From contig OX597823.1 of the NCBI GenBank assembly GCA_951406725.2, positions 72,912,001 to 72,976,000 of the forward strand: 64,000 nucleotides of DNA. The letters are read 5' to 3'. Within the stretch, counting starts at the first letter, position 1. Each line of letters starts with the position of its first letter. The translations under genes and the position numbers were made by a program. The notes below the pieces were generated by a model. The model was not told the DNA's origin. It ran no database searches and saw only the letters and a list, made by a program, of their open reading frames with translations. Source of the stretch: Octopus vulgaris. Its lineage: Eukaryota. This document shows positions 25,801-37,200 of the stretch, piece by piece.

Positions 25801-26006
25801 AACGTACGTTCTCAAATAACCTTTGCATTTGATTTTTTAATGTCTTTACCCCCATACTTTCGTGAGTTGAATTGAGCAAACACTATATGAGAGAGATTTT
25901 CTTTAAGTATTAGAAATAGTTTTAAAAAAGTTTTTTTAGCTACTATTTCTAATGAGTTCAGTATGTGGCAAAGTAATTTATTTTACTAAGCCCTTTTATA
26001 TAATGT

Positions 26007-26011
<5 letters not shown>
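22841..26011. repeat. Young array of ~556-559-bp monomers (about 1.8 units forward, 3.85 units inverted), flanked by (AT)n on both sides
   Basis: Forward units at 22841-23399 and 23400-23866 (partial). Inverted units at 23865-24422, 24423-24979, 24980-25535 and 25536-26011 (partial). Units differ by only a few substitutions and homopolymer indels. Confidence 0.97.
24091..24142 (+). ncRNA. Type I hammerhead-like motif, one per monomer (also 24650-24701, 25206-25257, 25763-25814 on +; 23126-23177, 23686-23737 on -)
   Basis: tgag-CUGAUGA-taga..gtc[gagtt]gac..tctt-GAAA-cgtacg-UU-ctca. Helix I tgag/ctca, palindromic helix III loop GUAC, GUU triplet. The closing pair of helix II is U.U. Confidence 0.65.
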
Positions 26012-26084
<73 letters not shown>

Positions 26085-26658
26085 AACTCTTCTAAACGAT
26101 TCCGCTACGTATGGTAAACCCATTCTAAAAGGATGATGATGATGATGATGATAATGATGATGACGTCGATGAAATACATTATACATTTTGTACGCATCCC
26201 GGAAATCTATAGATGTCGATGTTGTTCAATTATAACACAGAATATAAAATTCCCATGCGTAATGTTACATTCTCTATATTTTTTAACAATATTAGATTCC
26301 ATGGCAATATAAGCTATTGTGCCCAACTATGCAAATTTACTCAAGTCGCACATAATGTGAAACCTAATAGGCATTTCTCAAATAGAATATCTAGTAGTAT
26401 TGGTGTAGGCGTTTCGATATGTATATTAGTTTTATGCGGACTACGATAATTTTAATCGAAGCAAAATTAAATACAAAATGGCGTCCCATAAATTTATTCA
26501 AAAGTTGTTTCAAAGATCGATTTATAACATGATATTCAGTTTCGAAACCTATCGGCTTACCAGCTAATGATGTAATCCGCCTATAGATGTCAGGTTAACT
26601 TTTCAAACTGAAGATATGTATAAATTCAAGTGTATGGCTGAACACACACACATGTACG

Positions 26659-26735
<77 letters not shown>

Positions 26736-26834
26736 ATAAAACGGTAAGATAACAAAAGAAAGAAAGAGACCTCAATATTATGTAAATAGAGGAAATTTAT
26801 CTATACAATAATATGTTACTTTACTCGGTGGTCA

Positions 26835-26895
26835 AGATAAAACTGAGTTTCAGATGCCGAAGTGGAAATCCACAACACCATCTCTTCGGTTATCT
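26835..26895 (-). ncRNA. Variant hammerhead-like motif in the PLE pLTR
   Basis: agataa-CCGAAGA-gatg...catc(t)-GAAA-ctcag-UU-ttatct. Helix I is perfect; the core has U4->C and one extra nt before GAAA. A second partial copy lies at 35506-35566. Confidence 0.45.
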
Positions 26896-27087
26896 GGCTA
26901 TTTGAAAACGCTATGAAAAAATACCGTTAAATAAAGGGAAATTATTTTGTTATAACTCTGCTTGCCTGCGTACTTATACATCGCTCGCATTTTTCGTCAT
27001 AAAAATTATATAAAAATACATAAAACATATATAAAAATATATAAAAATATATAAATTCTTCTTGGGACATAACATAGAACGCATGTT

Positions 27088-27530
27088 CTATCTGTTTTCT
27101 TTAGGGGACCAAAAACGTAACAGAAATTTAGTCACATGTGGGCATGATCCGAAAAGCTCTGTCCTTGTATTTAGACATGTAGTAGGGTCTAAGCTGCTTT
27201 TCCAGATAAGCCATCTCTCCATGTCGCATAGACCGCACCTTCCGCTGCCGTTGGTATAGGGCTTACATCTGGCCAAAATCTTCCATTGTATGTTATAATC
27301 GACACCTTTATCTCTTAAAGACCAAATATGATTAGATAATTGTGTCGCTTTTCTTTTGTTCCAGTGCCTAAAGCTCAAAGTGTGGTTATTGAATCTGGCC
27401 TTGAAATTATCCTCTGTAAGGCCCACGTATTTCTTCGTCGAAACGGTGTCTTTAGTGGTTATAGAGTTTACGGTAGCTTCATATATGATGGTCTTGGACA
27501 TGCAAGCTCCATTTAGCGGGCACAATTTAT
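27088..27530 (-). pseudogene. GIY-YIG endonuclease domain of the PLE
   Basis: IIY...YVG motif with the conserved R, H, E and N residues and Cys/His zinc-binding motifs. Confidence 0.85.
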
Positions 27531-27895
27531 TGTGCATGAACAGCTGCATGAACAGCTGTTTTCTTGTGTTTTTTGTATGTTATGTTTGATTATGTTTTTA
27601 AAATTGGTAGTTGAACTAAAACTAATTTTTAAATTGTGTCTATTGAAGAGTTTCCTATAAGTATGGTTAACTGGAAAATGTCTATCTATCAGTGCTAGGA
27701 AATATTTACCTATATTGAAGGCCACCTCGGGTGAGTAAGGGGGCGTAAACCAGATGACCTTCCTATTTCTATTATTCCTTTTCCTTACTGTTGGGCTAGT
27801 GATAGGTGTATATTTTATTTTTTCGCTAAAACCACTATCTTTATCTATATATGTCTATATCTATATCTATCTATCTATATCTATCTATCTATCTA

Positions 27896-27958
<63 letters not shown>

Positions 27959-27986
27959 ATATATACACACACATATATACACACAT

Positions 27987-28046
<60 letters not shown>

Positions 28047-28774
28047 ACATATACATACACCAACACATACAGAGACATGCGCGCACACATGGAAACACAT
28101 GCATATTAACATATTATTTACTGAGTCTGATGGATGGCAAGGTACTCTTGACTTTTACTAACAATTCTAGTCCCCTTGCCGTTAATATACACTTGCAAAT
28201 TCAATACCTTCAGAAAGATCAAGATAAGAATTCCTGAGTGCAGATATTCTGAGAAGGAAAGAGTAGGTTCAATGATAATTATGTAACCCAAGACAAAACG
28301 TTAGGCTTCGTAATGATCCCAACCATTATAATAGCAGAGAGAGAGATGAGAAATAAGGAAGCAATAGTGTCTTATGAGTCGCACCTGAGGTTTGTAGAGA
28401 GTCAAGGATCCTTAGGAGTTGAAGCAGCTTCTCAAAATCGATTGATAGGGATGCTGCCGTATTTATATTAAGGATTTTCTTGTGTCAACAGAGATCTTCA
28501 GTCATAATGCGACTCACTATGTGGAGCAATTATGACGGCCGCAGATGAATGTGGTTCAAGATTTAGGGTGATCAGTCATCGAGTAGTTTTTATTCACTTG
28601 CAACATATATATATTTTACTACTGAGACAAAAGTTAACATATACCTTTTCCATAAATACTTACATCATTAAGTGAGTTTCTATACGGCTTGTAACAGTTG
28701 TCACTCTACTATGTTTCTATTGTTTATACGGCTGAAACTCCCTCTCTCCACCTCTCTCTTCCTATTGCTCTAGG

Positions 28775-28898
<124 letters not shown>

Positions 28899-29299
28899 TA
28901 TAATTAAGGGTTTAGCAACAAGTTGCTTCACCACATACCGAAAATTTAGAAATACCATCCAAAGACAGCTAATTCCTTTTCACCACAGATATGACTCCGC
29001 AGATATTGACTCCGCAATATTTGTAATTCACATAAGCAAAAAGAGGTAAAAAAACAACGGAATAAAACAGTCTTCGATTTTTTCCATACCGCAACTACTT
29101 CACAAAATATATTAATTACAAAATTAATCATTCTTTACCCTATATCTGTAATAATTATATATATATATATTGTTGTGTCTGTAAGAGTCATTCTGTTTTA
29201 ATGTTTTATTAATTGATACACTCACTGGTTCAATTTCTACTCATTATTTTTCTACTAAAATTTTCGGTGCTTTTTGCAACCTCTTCAATAGTTGTTAAC

Positions 29300-29371
<72 letters not shown>

Positions 29372-29547
29372 AAAACCGTCCGTGTATGTGTCTGTCCATT
29401 TAATGTGTTCGAATTTCACTGAGGTCTACTTTGAATTTCATCCTTTTGGGGTCGATAAATCAAGTACCATTTGAGCATTGGGGTCTGTGTAATCGACTTG
29501 TCACATACTCTCAAATTCCAAACAGGATTATTATTATCATTATTTCT

Positions 29548-29579
<32 letters not shown>

Positions 29580-29976
29580 TTCGTGTGTGTATATACATAC
29601 ATGCATAACGTCAATTCCACATCTTTGATCTTTGTTAACCTGATAATATTATCTTATTGCAAGTATATACACATAGGAATATGCGAGCTTATGCAACGAT
29701 TACAAATATTATCAGGTTTAATCTAAAAGATTACCGAGAGGTTTATAGAGGAATGGATAATTACAGAATAGAACTGTTCCTATTGAAAACATACTGAAGG
29801 CTGGTAGCAGGAGTGCAACTGAAAATATGTCCCATCCCGTCATGTCGACTAGATAAACACTATGCACAATCGCAAAGCCAAGAAGAAAGGCTGCGTACAC
29901 TTATATTCAAATCATCATTATACGATATAGTGCACAAAAATATCTAATCATTGATATAGTTGCACCTTCGGAGATA

Positions 29977-30528
29977 TCTATTATATAAAATCCGTTCTGT
30001 CTGTCTGTGTGTGTGTCTTCTAGGATTTCGAGCATCCTCCATACGATTGGGCTCCAATTTGATATGTAGATACCGACGGTATCAGGGCGTGTATAAGTCT
30101 TGCAAAAATTACAAAAAATCGATTCCAGGTGAGAAAGCGATCGATAAAGCCGTTTTTGTCCTGCTTTTCTTCCGTCAACCTGTACATAACTGCACCTTCC
30201 ATTTTTTGTTGTTTTTGTGCTGCTTAAAGGCACGTTTCTTTCCTGCCAAGCTTACTGTTTAAACCATGTTTTTGTTCTCCCAGTCAACAGCCTTATCATT
30301 ACTGGTAATTTAAACTCTTCGGTTGCATATTTGTGTGAATAAAATCGATTTTCTTTGGAATAGAAAAATGTCTATCTTTATTTCTTCTTTTGTTGGTCTC
30401 AAATTTAGGTTAAATCAGTGTTTCTCAAAGGGGAGGCCTATAGGACGGCCGGACAAGTTGTTTTGAGAAAATTTCGTTTAAATATTTGACAACTCAGCGC
30501 CGTCCACTGGACAGGAGCTTTTTGCTCG
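29977..30528 (+). mobile_element. Probable non-autonomous Helitron
   Basis: A|TC 5' end (tctattatataaaa...ctgtctgtctgtgtgt). The 3' end has a short hairpin gtcc-act-ggac about 12 nt before CTCG|T (degenerate CTRR). Confidence 0.4.
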
Positions 30529-31879
30529 TGCTTATATATAGACACATTTGAAAATAGCATGTCGATTTGCGTGTGGTTTGTAGCTCAATGAAGTCACACT
30601 AGATCTCAATACTGATTCTTAGCTTCTTCTATCCATGTCCTAGCCTTTATGTAGCAACTAGAAAATTATTTTCGAGTAAATTATGTGTATGCTTGTTGTA
30701 TGTGTCTGTGTGAATACAATGCATAACAGAAATAAGTCCGACACAACAATATTTTTATACTTGTTAGTTTCTTGGAAACATGGCATCTCCAAGAAACTAC
30801 ATAAACAATTTGTGCTTTTTAATGTATATATTTTTGTTTTGATATGGTCTCTCTTTTAATACTAAGAAATATGTAAATACATTCATCCGTTCCCATAGAT
30901 ACAAACACACACGCATACATGCACATACGTCCATACGTACATATATACAACACAGTTTGTGTGATTGTCTGTGTACGTATGTAAGAGGTATATGTAAGTT
31001 TGTATATTCGAACAAAAGCATACGCACAAACACACACACACATACACACGCATGCAAATCTATCTATCTTTTGTGTGGGGGTGGGTGAACAGATATCGAT
31101 CATATATGTTAAAAGCAAACCTCTTAAAATATCGAAAGAAATAAATAAAAATACCTTCTCCCATGAAAATCTAAATAGACATTGTTTTGCTTCGAGCCAA
31201 ACGCCACAATCATTATACCACGTTACGATGTAAATTTTATGGAAATATATACATTGTATATACTCCTGTACACATCAAATACATAAGTGCATAAATGCAT
31301 AAATAATAATATTCTCTGCTGTTTCTCAAGAATCTAATATTTTCAGTCCTATTTATTACCAGAAGATACACACAACTTTGAAAATAATATTGTATGACAC
31401 AGCTTCCAGACACTTTAAAATAAATGGAATTGAAATTGCAAACATTCTGCATAGCTATTTCTAGAAGAAAACTTTGTTTTTCTATTTCTAACATAAGTAT
31501 TATTTAATTCACTACAATCTCTGGTTTGAAACAATTATCTTTAAATGGTTTATTATATTTTTTTCAATTGCTTTTTTTAATCGGCTGTGAAACACTTCAC
31601 TCAGGTGAATTTTTACTTTGGTAGGATAAACTCCAAAGTTTGGTCTTTTAAAACAGCTATTCCCTTAGAAATATATTTTTGTCTCAAATGGAAATATATT
31701 ACGTCAATTTTTTTCATAAATTAAGCGAATTTTAAGGAGGAAAAGATATTCTTATTTATTATATTCTTTATAGAAATGAAAGAAGCAACTTCCAAAATTG
31801 CTAAATAGCCATTAAAAAATGTCACGCACGACATAACAGTCGGTGTTTCTTCTTTGAACGATGGTTTAAACACTCACCT

Positions 31880-32228
31880 ATAATAAGCCTCCTTATGAGA
31901 TCTCAAAGTCTCTCGTGGAAGCCTCATCCAACCAAAGTAAAAATATATGGGAAAATACCACCTGTATCATCTCTTGTGAAAGGTAGAAGAGACCAGTTTG
32001 CTGGACATTGTTGTAGAACTGAAAACGAGGTAATTTCTACTCTTCTCCTCTGGAAGCCTTCTGCTCGCGATACCAGAGGGCGCACACTCTCCTACCCTGT
32101 TGTAATCTCAAGGGGTACAGGTATCCAGCAACAGGACATCCGCAATGCTACGATGGACCGTAAAGTCTGACGTAACATAGTAAAATCCATTGTCTCGACC
32201 ACGGTCGAACAATGATGGCGATAATAAG
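31880..32228 (+). mobile_element. 3' end of an RTE-like LINE
   Basis: C-terminal RRDQFAGHCCR...LLLWKP...GRTLSY...MDRKV pattern followed by a short (ATG/ATA)-like tail. Confidence 0.6.
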
Positions 32229-32747
32229 TATGATTGGATGCTAAAATACTAAAACTAGTTCATAGCGAAAGCCAAATTGAAAACATTTTCACAACACACA
32301 CGTGCGCAATTGCACAAAACGCATGCAAGCATACACACACACACACACATGCACTGTTTATAAAGAAAATATCTCTCAGGTGAGGGTTTTCGCTGCGCAG
32401 ATCTTTGAGTATACCCCAACATGTAGAACATAATTCTGCTACCAATGTTTTAATTATTGTTGTTTAATGTGCCTGTAGAAATCTTTCCACAGTTTAGTAA
32501 ATGTTTTATTTCTTGTTTAAATATAACAACACTAGTTCATAATGGGCTACGAAAACCAGATATGGTGTCTGGATCTGATGAAGTGTGACAACGCAGAAAC
32601 ACTTGTCCGATGCTCTGGAGACACCATTAATAGCCCAGTAGTGTGTTTTTCATGCACATTCTTTATAATGATAATTGCTCTTCAGAGAATATTTTCGCAG
32701 TGGATTCATTATACATTTGAGTGTACGCGAACTTGTAAATTATAATT

Positions 32748-32793
<46 letters not shown>

Positions 32794-33771
32794 GCGCAAA
32801 ACAGCAACAACAACAACAACAACAACAAAAACAACAGCAACGAAAACGACAACAAACAAACACACACAACATTATGGTCAACGACAACAGCAAGAAACAA
32901 ACACACACACACAAATACCTATGTTTGTGTGTGTGCCAATTACGATGACTTTGTACATGAGCCAAAAACGGATTTATAAATAGCTTAGATGCTACGAAGA
33001 TGTCTGGACAGCACCAGAGTTTTCAGTTAGGTGATTCGGAAGAATGACATTAGTCGACTTAGCTATTACTGTGTCCTTCCCTACTTCAAAGAAATACTCT
33101 CCAGATACCTTGCACGGGTGCAGTTGCATTTCGAGAGGGCTCATTTTTGGAAATCGATTACAAGACCCGGAGAAATTAATCGTAACTGGCTACGTAATTC
33201 CCCCTATTCTTACCATTATACGGATGGACTCCCTAATAAAAGCTGCTCATAACGAAGAGCAAAGATCGAGAATGGAGTCAGTCAGTCAGTCAACGACATT
33301 GAATAAGGAAATTCATAGATGCCCTCACAATGCAGCCAAGACATACAGGATGGCGAACGGGTGCTAACTTCACTTAAATATACGGTAACATGAGTTACAT
33401 TTCAGTTTTTTGCCTGAAATCTCCCGGAACAAGGTAAACAGGAGCGACTTACGGACAAACAGGATCAAAATGTAAGCACAAGCGGAGGCTATTCTGTCCT
33501 TGTATTTTACTATCTTCATTACTCCTTCAATTTTCTTCCTCTTAACTCAGTATGACTGAAACTTTGATGATATTTATTGTTCGTCAATCACTACTAACAC
33601 TAATGAACTTTGTACATTTAAATAAGTTGATGCACACTGAAACTTGTTTTGTATATATGTAAATATATTTACTTTAAACAATTACAAGTTTTTGAAATTT
33701 AGGTGCATTTTCAACAACAAAGTTGCCTACATAAATATAATCAAAATTAAGACGAATGTATACTTCAGATA

Positions 33772-33885
33772 ATCATTACATGCGTTTCAATACTGTTTAT
33801 TCGAAATGCAAGCACAACTGCATAACCTAATAGGTAACATTATGTAATTTCATATTATTTTACAAACGCCATTTCTTCAGGTGAT
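33772..33885 (-). ncRNA. Degenerate type I hammerhead motif
   Basis: atcac-CUGAAGA-aatg..gttt[long loop]aaac..tatt-GAAA-cgcatg-UA-atgat. The first helix I pair is mismatched. Confidence 0.45.
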
Positions 33886-34860
33886 ATTTAGTATATTACA
33901 CATGTGAAAGATCACCTGAATATATGGAATATCATCTACGTATAAACTATATATACGTAAATATAGTTTATATACAGCATGAATGCTGAAAATCCCAATT
34001 TAAGTTAAGTGTAAGATCGCCAGCTCAAATTGTGACATACTTTTCTCAGTACTCATATTTCATCAATTGTCTAATTTGCTGCCTGACAAAATTTGTTCAT
34101 ACATCTTGAAGAAATCTTTTCATATACCACATATTCATGCTTTACATGCTAGCGGAAAATAACTTTTACGCATCTACGATAGAAAGTAATTCGATGTATT
34201 TTTATTTTAAATTCGATAAAAGAAAATCTATAAATTCAGGATCAGTTAATACTACGACTGCTACTCCACATCCATAGAAAATATCGACAGATTTTAAAGT
34301 TACATTAAATATACATAGTTGTGTGTGTGCGTGTGTGTGTGTGAGTGTGTGTGTGCGTGCGTGTGTGTGTGTGTGAGTGTGTGTGTGTGTGTGTGCGTGG
34401 GCGCACGCGGTACACGTGTGCGTATGTGTGTGTATGATCTTATTAAAAATTAATACAGAAGCTATCGTTTCAACTCCAGTTGTTCACCGTGCATATAACG
34501 ATTTATTATTGATTGGCAGATCTCATCACAGATCAACGAACAAGTTGTTCGTTGAAATTGTAAACAAGACCATTGGTTCTTGTTTAAAATCATTGGTCTG
34601 AAGTCTTCTGGTTGACACGGCGCACACTATTGAAACAAGAGTATTCCAGAGTTCTTTGTAATAATGAATCGAAAGTGTTATCAACGCGTAGTCGTCGCAA
34701 AGGAGAGGTTGTTCACGTGGCACGAATAGGGCAATGGTCTGCATCTTTGTGTTTGAATCTCCTAGAACACATCAATATGGATCTGCAAGCTATCGTTTCG
34801 CATCCATGTATATTACACACACATACAGACATACGTGCTCACACGTAAACGCACGCACAC

Positions 34861-34905
<45 letters not shown>

Positions 34906-35699
34906 CATGTATGTATAAATATTCTGTGCGTGTGTGTGTTTCGTATGTATATGTATGTATATATATGTATGTGTGTATGTGTGTGTTTCTTAAGTATGTA
35001 TTTATTGCTTCTCTTAAAGCAGCCTTGAACAACCTATTTTGTCAATAAAATATCCATTAAAAATTACTGCTTGAACAGTATATATATCTTCTCACATGCT
35101 GTAAGTAGTTGAAGAAAAGGTTTCACAGGCGCAGATAGCTCAGACACCATTGTTTTCTTCCTACACTGTCAATATTCGACAAATATTTTCAAATTATCAT
35201 TTTATGAGAGACTCCGGTTCACTCATAATTACGTTCTTAATATTTCTGATGTAAATATATGAATGACCTCTGATAGAATAAATACATGAACATATTTACT
35301 TTATTATTATCACAACAGTTTGGCTTTGTGTAAGAAGTTTCTTTCGGCTTCATACTGTTACATCTCAGAAATATGTAACAGCATAGGGTAAAATATGTGA
35401 TTATTATGAAAAGTTGATAGTAAGGAATAACTAACATAAGTGTGTATTTATAATTAAAGATGGTACATAAATATATGTATGTATATATATCACAATTATT
35501 CAATAGTCAAGATAAAACTCTGAGTTTCGGATGCCGAGATGGAAATCCACAACACCATCTCTTCGTTGGACTTTATATATATGTGCACACACCTATAAAG
35601 ATATATATGTATTCATATGCACCCATAAACGCACACACACACACTCATACACAAAATCACACACACATACACAAAATCACACACACATACACACACATG

Positions 35700-35733
<34 letters not shown>

Positions 35734-35734
35734 C

Positions 35735-35816
<82 letters not shown>

Positions 35817-36119
35817 GGATAGATAGATAGCGACACCAATTTCTATAATTGCGACAGAAATTTCTATTACTTTTATTATTGCATATTGAAAATATTTCAC
35901 TTGTATAGTTTCATCACGATAATTTGTAGTGATTGACTAACATAACTGTCGTGAGAGTGCTTGGACATTTGCTGATTGTTGTAATTGCTTGAGTGCTGTA
36001 CCGGAACTGGATCGAAGGTCCAAACCCGTTGCATGTAATATATTTCAAACCTCTAATCTCATCGCTGTTCTGGAGCCTCCTTTCTTCCATAAATTTGTGC
36101 GACAAATTATTTACTAGTC

Positions 36120-36320
36120 AAAGGAGTGAGAGATTTTCATCTAGGCAAGTTATGCGGATTCTGCCGTTCAGAGGAAAATTAATATATAAAGGAATCCATG
36201 TAACCAATGACAACCCAAGAGGAATTATCAATACGATGGATGAACAACACCCAACAAGATTCATAATATTTCTTGCCTTGATCCACTATACATCTTTATG
36301 AAGGAATACACAGTCCAACT
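36120..36320 (+). pseudogene. Highly decayed Gypsy RT fragment
   Basis: PFRGKLIYKGIHV...RFIIFLALIHY resembles the FLGHxISxxGI...LRSFLGLxNYY region of Gypsy RT (by-eye only). Confidence 0.3.
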
Positions 36321-36424
36321 GTTATTTTAAAGATGGCTTATTTTATTACTTCTACGAATGAACACGCAGAATATATTATACAATGGAGATTTTAAACCAA
36401 CGTAAAAGATATATATATATATAT

Positions 36425-36497
<73 letters not shown>

Positions 36498-36972
36498 CAG
36501 AGAGAGAGAGACAGAGAGACAGAGAGTTAAGCGGTGCCTGTGTAGGTGTATACAAGCATATAGATGTATGATGTAGGGAATTTATGTTTGCATTGCAAAT
36601 GTAGAATTATGCATGCGGCAGCTCGTGTGAAAAACATAACATATTCCATCGAAAGTACTTGTTTGCGTTGCAGCTTCTATATTGCTAAATAATTGACAAT
36701 TGTTTAGGTCGACCTACTTGTACTTTATACAAGTTGTTTTCGCTAATATGAGGCCCAGTTTTGTCTACAGATGTCATTGAAATTTATTTCACTTGGAAAT
36801 ACCCAATTAACTCAAAGGATAATACGGACTGTATTTCTTCATGCTAGGTGTATTTGCTTTGTGTCGTTGGAATATATCATCATTACAATATATCATCTGC
36901 TAACATAATGAACTCCAGTTCAATGAAAAGTTCTTGTGGATAAGTTAAATCAACTGATATTACAAGCTAAAG

Positions 36973-37200
36973 CAGTGGTTCTCAACTATTTTTAATGTAT
37001 TATTACTTTATTGTCGTGTTCAAAATCTAGTTTTATGGATACTATTTCCTATTTTGTTCATTACGTTTTCACTTGTAATAAATACATCTAAAGCAAATTT
37101 TTGTCACGGACACATAAAATGCTATTGTAACCCCAATTTACTATTTTAACTTGTATGGACTCCCAAAAAAACTTATGTTGATCCTGGTTGGGAACAACTG
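36973..37200. mobile_element. hAT-type MITE (228 bp)
   Basis: TIRs cagtggttctcaac / gttgggaacaactg with a perfect 8-bp TSD agctaaag at 36965-36972 and 37201-37208. Confidence 0.85.

Larger units (their letters stand above)
26733..27845 (-). mobile_element. 5'-truncated Penelope-like retroelement (RT-thumb/linker end, GIY-YIG endonuclease, 3' pLTR)
   Basis: Reads SGFSEKIKY...[26 protein letters not shown], then a frameshift near 27530, then CPLNGAC..IIY..YVG..ARF..H..CGLCDME..LNTRTE..CPH. Both ends abut (AT)n or (TATC)n. Confidence 0.9.

Noticed and set aside
23061-25879. Repeated 84-100-aa and 65-aa ORFs in the array monomers
   Set aside because: Non-ATG starts, single-base indels that change the frame between near-identical copies, and no recognisable domain.
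22841-26011. CRISPR array or centromeric satellite interpretation
   Set aside because: There are no unique spacers and the context is eukaryotic. The array is short and contains an internal inversion.
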